A DNA stretch of 64,000 nucleotides from Tubulanus polymorphus (GCF_964204645.1 NC_134028.1:12199263-12263262); one strand, 5' to 3'. Positions 27,086 through 39,367 are shown, counted from the first letter of the stretch. The notes: generated by a model from the letters alone, not told the origin. Numbers and translations are program-made.

Positions 27086-30046
27086 TACGATCCCCTGGGA
27101 TTAGTATCTCCTGTAACCGTTAAGGGGAAAATCCTTGTGCAAAAGCTATGGGCAACAGACTGTGATTGGGACGTATGAGTTTCATCTTCCATCAAGGCTG
27201 AATGGGAAGATATTGTTTTAGATTTGGAGCGACTGACGGATTTGAACTTTGATAGGCGGGTAATTCCCGATCCAGGTTCTGATCAAGAGTTTCATGTATT
27301 CTGTGATGCTAGTAAAGTAGCTTATGGCTGTTGCGTACATCAAGTCCGGAGGTCAAATCAATTTAGTCATCTCTAAGTGCAGGGTTACTCCTCTCAAAAA
27401 ACTAACAATTCCTCGACTTGAGTTATTAGGCGTTTGTATCGCGCAGTACGCCTTCTCCTTCATGTGGTTAATAGTCTGAAATTATATATCAATTGCTATA
27501 TCTGGACAGATAGCCAGATTGTTTTGAGTTGGATCACAGGTGGAAAGCCGCTTCATCAGTTTGAGTCCAACTGTGTAAAGGAGATTTGAAAGTTAAGTGG
27601 CATTTTTGTGCTTCTGAGGATAAGCCAGCAGATGTCTTATCACGGGTTTGTTCAATTGACATCTAGGTAAACCATGTTAACTGGTTTCATGGTCCACCAT
27701 GGGACTACGAAACATAGACGTTAATGTTATTGCCGCTGGAAATACTGCGGTGTTCTCAGTCGATTCCACGTGTACTGGGGGTTTTTTCAGGCCGAGATTT
27801 CTATGACGATAGAAAAGGTTATTGACATGAACAGATTTTCATCTTTACTGAGTTTGTTGTTTACGACTGCCTTCGTACAACGATTTATCAGATTGTTAAG
27901 AGGTCAAGATGTCATGACTGACTTTTGTACATCATCTGAATTGTCAATAGCTTTTCTCACGTGGATTAAATCCACTCAAACTTGTGAATTCTCAAAAGAG
28001 ATAGAACTGTTGACATCTGATAGAAGAAATGAACGGATTAATAAGTTGTGTTTGTACATAGATTCCGACAAAATTCTGAGGTCGTCAGGTCGCATTCATA
28101 ATATAGAAATACTAAGTTTTTGTATTATTCAATGCCCCCTGGTGGCCATATACAAAAACCAATGACCTTGAAACTCACCAAAATCATAGAAAACGTTATG
28201 AGCTACAAATTTCCAATACATTGTGGTAACACAATATGCTTAGGTATCAATATAATGTGGAAAAACTTTTTCCCACCTACGAATGAGTACTGATGACGCC
28301 AAGATGGCTGCCTATTGCGCCATAATTGGCTGATCAAAAATACATGTCTCAGGTATAAAACATCCCATTCCAAAGAATACCCATCACAAATTGCTATTGG
28401 AAATGGCAAACCAGTAGGAAGCTACAGGACTCAGAATTTGGGCCAAAATTGACATTTTTGGGCACTAAAAAGGTCATGGGACGGCCATCTTGAGTCCGAT
28501 CGACCCAATTTTTCTTATGTTGATGGGCCCTTGGGAGGTACAAATAAACACAAACAATCAAGGTAATTGATAAAAGTTTCTTCAAAAATTCCCTTGAAAA
28601 CTTCGAAAATGTGTAAAAAGTGCTGATATTGGCTAACAACAATGGCTGCCAGTCGGCCATCTTGCATCTGATAGGGCCAGTTTTAGGCCTGAAGATGTGT
28701 CTAGGGTATATATCAAGACATTACCTTGAAGCGTCTTCAAAACTTCCCAAAATAACTGGATGCCGTCTACGGACGGACAAACGGATGGACGCTACGACGG
28801 ACGACGGACGAAAAGTAAACGCAATAGCTCGCTGGGACTAAAGTCCCAAGTGGGCTAAAAAGCCTTAGACATCCCCCTTGATTAGATCCAGAAGTTTTCA
28901 TGAAAATCTGTCTATTGATACGATCTCTCACACACAACTGCATGACGATTCATCATGAATATGCATGGTAGTGGGTTGTCCCCACTGATTCAAATAAAAA
29001 CTCTCCACGTTCATGGTGTGACGATTTCTATACACTGTGTACGAAGTTTGTTAGACAATTTATTTTCAGGCGAGGCCCGCTTTTCATATACATGCACAGA
29101 TCAATACATCACATAGCAGCGAGTCTATAACGAGCAAGTGTTTGAAGCATGAATATACGTAAAAGGGCATGTGTTCTTCCAAAACGAAATGTAGTTCCAA
29201 CAACAAATAAATAACTAAATTGATAAATAAGCAACGGATTCCAATGAAATTCATTAGGGATAGAGCTTTTATTACTGCATTGAATGTTTTATAAGTTCCA
29301 AAGAGAAACTAAGCCTTGTTTTGAAGTTGTTTTGTACCAAAGGAAGAAAGTTTCATATGCGATAACAAAATGGACTTCGCTAAAGTCCATAAAAAGATTC
29401 ATTACACTGTCAGGGCTTGTCAAGTTAGGATATCTATTAGGCCGGCCATGGAAAACCCCATGATCTAGTTACCATCGGCGACCTAAGAAAAAATTTGGGC
29501 AAACGCTCCCGCCCGGCCAAGCCATTTTTATTCATCCCCTAACCCCATGCACCTAAGCAGGAATCCTGAAGCAGAGATTAAGAACAATGAATCTGAAAAA
29601 AATGGAAATATTTTACTCATTTTATGGTAACCATAGGCCCATACGCGGCTGAGAGCAGATCATCTCCCAGGTGAAATATATTAAGTTGAAATTTGAATAT
29701 GATATTTATCAATTATTAATAATTATTAGAAGGGCACACAATTGCGGTTGAAAATTAATCACATGCAACTAAAAATTACGCTGAATACTTTGATATCGAT
29801 GCATATACTGTTAATCATTAACCTAGGTAAATGACAGTTTGTAGCTAGAAATCGACAGAAAACACCACAGTTGTCAGGTTGTTTAATTTACTATTCGTAA
29901 GAATTTTGCGTGTTTAAGACATTGACGGAATAAATCAAAGTAAAAATTCCATCAACATTGGACTCAGCATTGCCATACTTAACTGGATTCTTACACTACT
30001 TTAGCCAATTCTATCATATTCAGCAAAAAACATGAACTTCACTTAC

Positions 30047-30717
30047 CCAAGACGTCAAAATGGTGTGTATCGCTTGTGCAATATCTTGTTCAGCTAAACT
30101 GGTTGTTTGGGGAATACCCCAGCTGCTGAGGATATTCCCTGGTATTCCCTCAACTACCAATCAGAGCGCAACAAGAGGGTTTCTGCGAAGGAGCAGAAAC
30201 CCTTATAATCAGGAATGATAACAGGCCATCATTAAAATGGCAGATAATTTTAAATATCCTAATCTTATAAATAACGAACGCCACAGGCGTGAGGTCACTG
30301 GCGGCAATAGCTGCCAGCTACAAGCGCCGAAGGCGCGAATTAATGACAAAGGGGTTTGGGGGGCTCGCCTCCATTTTTCACACCGTCTCGGATCGTTTTT
30401 CAGCAGTTTTCACATTGAAATTTCACTCAGAAAATCAAACACCATTGTCCATATTTTGCCGTCAACACACTGCTTGTTCCGAGACAAGTCAAGACGCTCA
30501 TCAGATGAAAATCCACCGAACGGCGGAAAATCATTATCCCTGATTATATAGCTTATTTCTTCAAAACCTACTTTCAAATTGGATCTGGTCATTCTCCTAA
30601 CATTATCATTTTCTGTTTCAACAGCATGAAGGACAGCTTTTGAATGTTCATTACTATCAGTGTGGAATTGGCTCATTCTGTTAGCCTTGGCAGAATAAAA
30701 ATGTTTCCCAGACAAAT
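30047..30717 (-). pseudogene. Putative exon interrupted by a MITE
   Basis: Acceptor TCTTTTTCAG at 30718-19 and donor TGG|GTAAGT at 30045-46. Coding-like on both sides of the insertion, needing one frameshift. Confidence 0.45.
30206..30546. mobile_element. Small MITE-like insertion, TAATCAGG termini, TA flanks
   Basis: TA|TAATCAGG...CCTGATTA|TA. Interrupts a putative exon. Confidence 0.55.
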
Positions 30718-32674
30718 CTGAAAAAGATTATTGAAACAGGGGTATGCTTTATGATTACCATCATAATATACTCATTGTTCAAAAATATAATTATGAATGA
30801 AATAATGAAAAATCATTTCATGACCTATGCTTGTAGACATCGTGATTGATACCAGGAAGCTACTGAAAATATCAAGGGCGTCAAATCACCACTACCTGAA
30901 AGCATTGACTGTCAGCTAATTAACAGAGCTGCCATTAAGAACCATATACAAAATTATAGATTTCATAGTATTTTCAATAATTCCGTAGTATTCGTACAAA
31001 TTTGCCTTGAGCAGGGTTTCTACATAAATTTAGGCTAATAGGGAAAAATGGCCAGAATATAAAGCCACAGGGCCACCTGCCACCATCAAAACAATTTGGA
31101 AGTGGTTTTGATAATCGACTTGATCCTAAAATAGTAGTTTTATGGAAGATTTTGAAAAATAGTAGTTTCATTAGCTTTACCTTATGTGTTCAGACATAAT
31201 TGGCATGAAGGAAAATAACCCAGAAACTAGGGATCAAGGGACACCATGCCCACATGGGGTGTGGTTTCAAATGCTCAACAAGCTAAGATAAGATAAGGTA
31301 AGATAACTTTATTCTAGTTAGTTACCTAATAGTGGTGGTAAGCTTTTTATAATCGGATGGGCTTATACCAACGTTAGGGATGACAAGGGCCAAAACACAG
31401 TAGAAAAAAGTAACACTTCAAATATATACTTTCTATTCACTTCAGTCCACAATTAATAGCTTAATTCACAACTAACACAGGTACCTTTCGAAATAATCCA
31501 ATTTTATGAATGTTTTGAGTGATTAATCAACATTGTTTTGAGAAATTAATTAATTTCTCCGCAAATTCCGCCATTGGCCGCCATTTCTCTGTATTGCATA
31601 CATGTGGCATGATATACAAGGTGACCTACAAAGATTTATATAAAACTTCCAAGACGAAACAACAATTTTTTGTTTTTGATGGTTTTCCGATATATATTTC
31701 AAATTTTCGTGTTTTCCATGATAAATAATGAAATAATAAATTCTGGTTGAAGGAAAATGTGAATTAGTGTCGGTTTTCAAATTTGTCGTTTCGTTTTGTT
31801 AGTTTGTGTTGTTGTCCTGGCCTCAGTCCAAAGGTGCCAGCACCCACCACAAGTTTTCAAAATGGCCGCCCTCGAATCGACGGAAATTTACTCTCACTTT
31901 ACGGCCGATTTGCACATGGATTAAGATCGTCAGGTGAGGTGTTATAGGTATCAAACAAACTATGAATCTGTTGTGCGTTGATTACAACAAAAATTAGAAA
32001 GGATATCTCAAAAGACCAGAAAATGCCAGGCAAATTACTCGTCAGTCAAATTGGCTGACGAAGATTTCATTGAAAAATGACGTTCCCATTCCTGACTGTG
32101 GTTTGTGAAAATATCCGATCGTGAAACTAAACCACAGACAGGTTACTAGACTAACTTTATTCATCCTGACAATGTCATTTGTATAAGGATATAGAAAAAC
32201 ATTTATATCAACACACTATTTAAAAAACAAAATATTTACAGAACATTTCAACATCAATAATATTCATTAATTCGGTTGCGCCACTGCGCGGGATTTACGC
32301 GAAGCAGCAAACGCAAACATGGCCACTCTCTCAATTTTCAATGATAGAAATCGTGTGTGCATTTCAATTATTTTGGCTGTTAGGGGTTTAAGGCACAATA
32401 TAAGTTGATGTGATATGGCGATGTTAATTAATGATAATTCTGCAGTGAAGCTAGTCACGAACGGTGCCAATTGAGTGTACAGCTGCCAAAAACACTGAAA
32501 TGTGTGTAATTGCGTAACTATTTGCAGTGAATTGCAGACGAAACATGAAGCCTTAACGGCCATTTAAAAAAAAATTATACCAATTGCAATTGTAAAATAA
32601 AAAGATAGAACCTAAGTTAAGATTCTGGCCATTTCTAAATGAAAACTTTGCTTGATTCGTGCTTCAAGGCGATC

Positions 32675-34310
32675 GATTTAGGTATCGGGCAGATTTTCTA
32701 TAAAAGCGTGTTCGTCACGTAAATCGAGTTTTGGTGTACGGTTCCGTGTCATGACAGGTTTTGGCTTTATCATCTCCTTGATAGCAATTTTCGTGGCTGA
32801 CATAAATAACGCGCAGTGAGAATCAGAAAACAAACGGTCAAAATCATCCACTTGAAAGTTATTGAATAATTTACACGAGACCCTAGTAACAATGGCGTAA
32901 TCAACGACTGACTTGTCTTTGCAAGTTAGCTTTCCAGATGGGTCACTTCCACGCCCGTTAAGAATCAATAAATCACAAGCGTGACACATTTCGATAAGGC
33001 GATTACCGTAATTATTTATGACAGTATCTTTGGAATTTCGGGGTTGAATTAAATCTCGATTTAGTGATGGCGCTATTACATAATCACTATGCTCAAGTGT
33101 GTCTTGTAAATTTGATGTTCTAGCGTTGAAATCGCCCAGTAAGCAGACATCCTTATTCGAGCAACCAAAATCGATAATATCTGCCTCAATATCACAGAAG
33201 AGTTCAATTCTGGAATAACGTGATTGTTCGGGAGGCATGTACACCGAACCAACTACTATGTCCTTCACGTTATTGATCACTGATTTCGGTACATTTATCC
33301 AGACACAGATTGAGCTGCTAGTATCAATAATTTCACATTTACCACATAGATCCTGTCGTAAAAAGTTTGCAGTCCCGCCAGATCTTCTATTCGCGAGTTC
33401 ATGTGTATTTTTGAAAAATATTTCATAACCGGGAACAAAACATTTGAAGTTGTCAGCGTTGTCACACGGTTTCTTGTACAGCAACGATATCAAATCTCCT
33501 GTTAAACTCGAGGAACTCGGGACGGCGATTCTGTAGTTTGTTTTGTAACCCACAGACATTGATACTAGCGATTTTAATTTCACTGCAATATGTTGAGTTT
33601 GACAGGGAATTTTGAGTTTCCAAATTGGTGGTGGGACTACGAATATTTTTAGTTAGTTGTAGAGGTGACCATACCGTGCCATATGGCCGGGGCGGTGACA
33701 TCTGTTACAACAGACGGGGTTGCGATGTCTACACTTGACTGTTCTGTGATTTCGGTTGCCACATTTCTTGCAGTAACCGGTGGTTTCACGATAAAGGTTA
33801 ATATCCTGCTCCTGGGACGCATGATTTACTGTACTTGTTTTGTGGGTATAAGATCAGCGTCCAATTCGTTTTCATCCACCTGCCAGTCGTATGCTCCAAT
33901 ATGTATTAGCACAGTATCATAATCCGTGATCTTGTTATTGCGATTTTCCTCCCGGACATCTACAACGAACTTATTTTCAAATCCCGGGCGGATAGATGAT
34001 ATCTGGGCATCATCAGTCACAATTTGGGCCAGGAGCTCTAGTTTTGCTGCACCGATCGATAGGATATCGAGATCAGTGTCTGTATGATGCTTTGTGGTGT
34101 ATCATGTGTCTTCACATGTTATGAGCAGAACACATTTGTCTTTGTCAGCTATAGAAGTGGTTCCTTGGTCAGCACGTATGTCCACAGGGTTCTTCATAAC
34201 CTTTATCTTATCTTCCATAACGCGAATTACTTTTTCAGCCGAGACGAGTCATTCTTTAAAAATCACATTTTCATTCCTTAGCTCTGTTGAACCTTTCAAT
34301 AACTCCTCGA
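32675..34310 (-). mobile_element. LINE 5' part: ORF1 remnant and ORF2 APE endonuclease
   Basis: EIKIASINVCGL..IVAVQET, RRSGG, GSVYMPP, LLGDFNART, LLILNGR, VVDYAI, FSDSH. Upstream coiled-coil-like and esterase-like (VLIHIG) ORF1 remnants. RT absent. Confidence 0.88.
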
Positions 34311-35319
34311 AGCTATTTCAATATTCAACGCCCCCTGGTGACCATATACAAAAACCAATCATCATTAAACTCAACACACTCATGTCAGCAGCAATAATTT
34401 GTTATTGTGATAACAAAATATTCCTCGCTACCAATTTGATATGGAGACACTAAGTTATTCAACTATTCAACGCCCACTGGTGACCAAAACCCAAAGTCAC
34501 CACAATCATAGATGATGTCATGAGCTACAACTTTGCAATCAATTGTGGGAACAAAATATGCATAGGTACAAATGTACAGGGATGAAAACAGAGGCATTTA
34601 AAAAACCCGGAAAAATTTGAAAAAGAAGTATTGGAGGCTAACTACTGCTGGCTTGGCACAAGACGCAAGCACCAAAGGTGTGAAGCCCGTAAAGGGGGGT
34701 TTGGATCCTCCCCAAGAAAATTTTGAAATTTCAAGGAGTTTTTGGCGCACCGAGGCCCATTTTCCAATGGCAAAATAACACTGCTGCCACGCGGTTGATC
34801 ATTCGTTGTGTATGCCTTCTGAGTACATGAAAAGGATGGCTCCGATGATATCCAAATAACGAGAACAGGTTCATGCTTAAATGAACCTTTCGATGAATAG
34901 TTGAATTCCAAGAGGAGCCCCTATCTATAATCTTCCAATCTATCACTCAAGCCAAGCGTATTGTGCCTGAATTAAAACAATGACTACTTTTATTGAGCAC
35001 AGAAGGCTATGCTGTGTTGGATCAATTGAAGCAGGGAGGCCCTTGTGAAAGAAAAAAAAACAAACTCATAAAATTGATAAAAGACTTAAAGCATAAGATG
35101 TCTTAAAGCATAAGATTAATCACATTTTCATATTTTTGTCCTTAGACCTTTAAAATTTTTTTTTTTCTACCCCTGAAATTCAGAAAAGGAGTGTCATTAA
35201 GGTGTCCTAATTAAAGCAATATTTCGCAAGACGTTTCAGCCCTCCAGCCTTTATTCAAGAGCAAACATTTGAATTACCATTTCTATACTCCTGCCCTTAC
35301 TAGCTTAGTGTTGAGAAAA

Positions 35320-35860
35320 TGATCATGAAAACTATGCTTATATCATATTGGCCACAAGCAATCGATTTGTAGTTTCTTATTTTCCTTCTCCTTTGAAAAC
35401 TTGTCTTTTCCAACTAAGTCTCCAATCCACGGATCACTACACATCGCATAACTCCTCGCATAACTTTAGTCCATAATTCGTTGTTTTGATTCTGCATCAC
35501 TATCTCTTAGAGATTGGTCAATGATCTTGAAAACTATGCTTATATCATATAGGCCACAAGTAATTGATTTGTTGTGTCTTATTTTCCTCCTCCTTCTTTG
35601 AAAACTTGTCTTTTCCATCTTGTCTCAATAAAACTAAGTCTCAAATCCACAGATCACTATACGTCGCATAACACCTTGCTTCACTATAGTCCATCATTCG
35701 CTGTTTTGATTCTGCAATGCTATCTCTTGGAGAATGGTCAACACACGAAACACTATTGATGAATTCGGGAACCTTAGAACGAATTCTGTGTCCTAATATC
35801 AACTTAGCCGGTGTTTCTCCAGTCACGCAATGAGGGGTTGACCAATGCATTGAAACAAGA
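35320..35860 (-). mobile_element. Gypsy integrase C-terminal remnant with a ~205-bp tandem duplication
   Basis: STPHCVTGETPAKLILGHRIRSK peptide. 35321-35500 is repeated at 35523-35700. Confidence 0.7.
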
Positions 35861-35862
35861 AA

Positions 35863-36027
35863 ATTACAATTTTTGGAACTAAAATTTGTATTTCCGAGTA
35901 GTACTTACCCTTTCCTATGGTTTTTGCCAATATTTTCTAAATTTGGATTTATCGCCAATGGTTTTTCTATACGACCCGGCCCTGCGGTATTGCATTTAGC
36001 CACCGGCGAAATCCGCCATCTTTTTTC
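35863..36027 (-). repeat. DIRS right (3') inverted terminal repeat with terminal extension
   Basis: Shared 122-bp core plus a unique extension 35863-35905 whose reverse complement lies in the ICR. Confidence 0.95.
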
Positions 36028-36082
36028 GTCATAGCAGACCAAAAAAAAAAACAGCTATGCGGGGCAGGTGGGCGGGATTCCC

Positions 36083-36180
36083 ACCATAGGAAAGGGTAAG
36101 TACTACTCGGAAATACAAATTTTAGTTCCAAAAATTGTAATATTTCCATCGAGTACTGTACCCTTTCCTATGGTTTTTGC
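36083..36180 (-). other. DIRS internal complementary region (ICR)
   Basis: 36083-36141 is the reverse complement of the right terminus and 36139-36180 the reverse complement of the left terminus. The two halves overlap at AAT, giving the circle-junction sequence. Confidence 0.95.
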
Positions 36181-36439
36181 TAGACTAGCCTAGCACAAGG
36201 ATGGTGGGAAAGGTAGATAGAAAAACCACCGCTCAAACGCAAGGTAAGAGGGAAAAAGAGAGCACTTACCCAAGCACGGAATGGAGCACTGTAGCACAGG
36301 GAAGACCGGTTGGCCACAGTGAGTCCGTCCAGCTCAGGAGCCCCCCCCAGAATTTTGCGAAATTAATACTTGCAGATATGAGCCCAAACTATGTACAAGG
36401 ATACACCCCCTGTGATCCTGATAATGCTACATAAATATT

Positions 36440-39367
36440 CTACACTAAAGGGTCCGATCGGAAAGAACGGACACCTTGAGCCATGACAACAGGACCAAGT
36501 GAAGCTAATGAGCCTAACTGGCCTGAAACATCCCGTAAATAAAATGACGTGAATGTCGACGGTGAATTCCAAAAGGCGGCCCGACAGACTTCCTCCAACG
36601 GAGCACCCGAAAAGGCTGCGCAGGAAGTAGCCATAGACCTCACTTGATGAGAAACGACTCCCTCCGAGGAAAGATTCTCCTTCAATAAAATGTCCTTGAT
36701 CATTGAAGAGACCCATCGGGCTACTGTGTCCCGCGAAATATCACCCTTTAGGTGATCCAGCAGCGGAATAAATAACCGCTCCCGTGAACCCCTCCGTGAA
36801 GCAGAGCGATCTAAATAGAAACACAACGCCTGCACAGGACATAAAGTCCTGTCCGGGATGCCCGGTTCCACTCGATGTTTTAGGGCTTCAATTCGCCATT
36901 GACGCCCAACCGAGCCTGGTCGTTGGTTCTTTGCCAAAAATTCCAAAGCAGGCCGCAGCGAAACAAATTCATTCGCTGGCCCAAAGACAATGTGACCTTG
37001 TCGGACTGAAAGCGCATGAATCTCAGAGCGACGGGCCGAGCAAGCCAAGAACAGCAAAAATACAGTCTTTTTTGACAAATTTGCAAAAGACGCTGCCGAA
37101 AGAGGTTCAATTGGAGCCTCCATTAACTTCTTCAAAATTACAGACAGATCCCATGGTGGAACTGTCTTTGTTACCCGAGGCCGGGAAATAGAAAACCCAG
37201 CAACCAGCTGGGATATCCGATGATCCCCTGCTACATTTGGCCATCCAGAAGCACGCAATGTATGAGAAATCGCGGAGCGGTAACCTTTAATAGTTATGAC
37301 CTGTAAACCTTTTGCTACAAATAGGTGCAGTAAAAAATCTGCCAATTGAGCTACAGAGGGTGAGCATGGATCAATTTCCCCTGCAGCACACCAATCCGCA
37401 AAATGACTCCATTTGGCATCGTAAATGGTACTTGTTGATGGCCGCTTAGATCCTGCGATAAAGGAGGCAGCCTGTTCTGAAAAGCCTGAAGCTGACAAGG
37501 ATCGCTGGACAATGGCCAGGCGAGCAGATTTAACCACTGGCTGTTTGGATGATGCCGAAAGATCCCCTGAGACAGAAGCGATGGGAAATTCGGAAGAATC
37601 CTGGGGTTGTCGCACAGTAGGTTGAGAAGTGGTAGGAACCATTTCTGAGCCGGCCAACATGGTGCTACCAGAACTATGTTGCAATTGACTGATCTCTCTA
37701 TTTGATCCAGTAGGCGCGGCAGGACTGGTGTGGGCGGGAACGCATACGCATGCATCCCCGACCAGTCCAGAGAGAAGGCATCGACCCCCCACGCTTCCGC
37801 GTCTGGAAACGGGGACACAAACAGAGGACACCTCCGATTGAACCGAGTGGCAAACAGATCCAGCAGCGGATTGCCAAAAATGCCCCGAACCCGATCGGCT
37901 ACTTCTTGGTGGAGAACCCATTCTGTCGCAATAGCCTGACCTCGACGAGACAGAGCATCGGCCATCACGTTCCTTTTCCCTGCTAAATGTGCCACAGTCA
38001 GGGACACGCCCTTTGTCTGGCACCAAAGAAGAATTTTGGCCGACAGACCTGTGAGGGTTTCTGAGTGAGTGCCCCCTTGGTTCTGAAGGTAAGCCCTCAC
38101 TGTTGAATTGTCTGTGGCTAACCAAACGTGGTGGCCCTCCACTCTCCTGTGAAAGAACTTCAGGGCCTTCCACACGGCCAGCATTTCTAGGAAATTTATG
38201 TGGTTGGTGGCCTCGTAGCGAGACCATTTCCCGGCTTTGACTCGGTTCTCCAGATGTGCCCCCCAACCTTGGTGACTGGCATCTGTGAATACACGAACTG
38301 GAGCCTTTAACGGGGCTAGTGACACCCCGAGCCGAAGATTCGTAGTGGCCGCCCACCACTGAAGATCCGGACTTAGATCGGTTGGAGGTACGGGAATCAA
38401 GGCCTCCCAGTTGCCCTTCGACTGAGACCAGAAGACCTTCCAATATTGTTGCAAGCGCCTGCTTCTGAGGCGGCCTAAGGGCACCACCAGACCCATGGAG
38501 CTGATGGAGCCTAGAAGCCGTGACCAGTAACGAGCTGTTCTCGGGGTTGTGGACACTCCCGCTACAGCTTCTTGAAGTTTGGCCACTCGAACCATAGACG
38601 GAAAGACTTTGCCGATTCGGAGATCGAAGTCCATGCCGAGATAAGTGAACTGTTGGGCTGGCGTCAACTGAGATTTTTCCCTGTTTACGCGGAACCCTAG
38701 CTGATGGACTAAGTCCAAGACTGAGGTCATTGCCTCCCGACATTCCTGAGCCGAATTCGCGACTATTAACCAGTCGTCGAGGTAAACGAACAGTCGAACA
38801 CCCCTTGACTGAAGTACCTTCTGAACTGACTTGACCAACTTGGTGAAAACCCACGGGGCCGTACTGAGGCCAAATGGAAGAGACCTGAATTGGAACTGGC
38901 GGCCTTTCCACTTTATCCTGAGAAATCGCCGAGATTTTGGGTGAATTGGAACCTGAAAGTAAGCATCCTTCAGGTCCAATGAAGCCGCCCATTGACCCGG
39001 ACGGAGCCCTTGAATCACGTCCTTGGGCTTGGTCATCCGGAACCTTGGAATGTCTAGGTGCCGATTGAGGGATGACAGATCTATCACTGTCCGTTGACCC
39101 CCTGTGGCCTTTGGTACCATGAATATTCGAGAAAACCAGCCGGGAGAAGTTTCGTTGCAAACTGGTTCTATCGCTCCCTTCTCTGCCAGTTCCTTGAGAG
39201 CCGGAGAGATTAAGGCCTCCTGACCTGGTTTTGGCCGCATGTCGGGAGGTGACCTCATCAGGCGCGGTCGCCTTAGGAAACGGAGACGGTAGCCCCGAGA
39301 GACGACCCGGGAGGGCCAACCGTCTCCAAAGAGGTCGGACCAGTGGGTTGCTGCCTGCTGCAGACAA
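36440..39367 (-). CDS. DIRS ORF3: tyrosine recombinase (C-terminal ~350 aa) with a long N-terminal frame overlapping ORF2
   Basis: Core-binding region (RPSTSTIYDAKW..TIKGYRSAIS) and catalytic motifs ACSARRSEI, SHQVRSMA, AAFWNS, TFTSFY. True start codon uncertain. Confidence 0.92.
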   Translation of the reverse strand: MSAAGSNPLVRPLWRRLALPGRLSGLPSPFPKATAPDEVTSRHAAKTRSGGLNLSGSQGTGREGSDRTSLQRNFSRLVFSNIHGTKGHRGSTDSDRSVIPQSAPRHSKVPDDQAQGRDSRAPSGSMGGFIGPEGCLLSGSNSPKISAISQDKVERPPVPIQVSSIWPQYGPVGFHQVGQVSSEGTSVKGCSTVRLPRRLVNSREFGSGMSGGNDLSLGLSPSARVPRKQGKISVDASPTVHLSRHGLRSPNRQSLSVYGSSGQTSRSCSGSVHNPENSSLLVTASRLHQLHGSGGALRPPQKQALATILEGLLVSVEGQLGGLDSRTSNRSKSGSSVVGGHYESSARGVTSPVKGSSSCIHRCQSPRLGGTSGEPSQSREMVSLRGHQPHKFPRNAGRVEGPEVLSQESGGPPRLVSHRQFNSEGLPSEPRGHSLRNPHRSVGQNSSLVPDKGRVPDCGTFSREKERDGRCSVSSRSGYCDRMGSPPRSSRSGSGHFWQSAAGSVCHSVQSEVSSVCVPVSRRGSVGGRCLLSGLVGDACVCVPAHTSPAAPTGSNREISQLQHSSGSTMLAGSEMVPTTSQPTVRQPQDSSEFPIASVSGDLSASSKQPVVKSARLAIVQRSLSASGFSEQAASFIAGSKRPSTSTIYDAKWSHFADWCAAGEIDPCSPSVAQLADFLLHLFVAKGLQVITIKGYRSAISHTLRASGWPNVAGDHRISQLVAGFSISRPRVTKTVPPWDLSVILKKLMEAPIEPLSAASFANLSKKTVFLLFLACSARRSEIHALSVRQGHIVFGPANEFVSLRPALEFLAKNQRPGSVGRQWRIEALKHRVEPGIPDRTLCPVQALCFYLDRSASRRGSRERLFIPLLDHLKGDISRDTVARWVSSMIKDILLKENLSSEGVVSHQVRSMATSCAAFSGAPLEEVCRAAFWNSPSTFTSFYLRDVSGQLGSLASLGPVVMAQGVRSFRSDPLV

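Larger units (their letters stand above)
23559..28105 (+). mobile_element. BEL/Pao LTR retrotransposon, decayed and 3'-truncated
   Basis: Putative 5' LTR TGTCGGGAG.. (23559-~23786) with AATAAA, then PBS-like TGGTCCCTCGAGCCGG at 23789. Gag KFTYFKECLSGEA..ILKERFG and BEL Cys array (CSYC..H..C..LCFNC..C). Degenerate protease ALFDDTSQRTF, RT SDIEKTF..FGATSSPF..YVDN, RNase H FHVFCDAS. Stops and frameshifts; no integrase core or 3' LTR seen. Confidence 0.92.
23411..28862 (+). mobile_element. HINE-like element split by the BEL insertion (5' part 23411-23555, 3' part 28106-28862)
   Basis: 5' end AACTAGGGGTCCAGGGACACCATGCCCACTT. Core repeat GCCCCCTGGTG..AAAACCAATGAC on both sides of the BEL. GGAC microsatellite, then 3' end GGGACTAAAGTCCCAAGTGGGCTAAAAA (hairpin plus a subTIR matching GCCCACTT). 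Confidence 0.75.
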
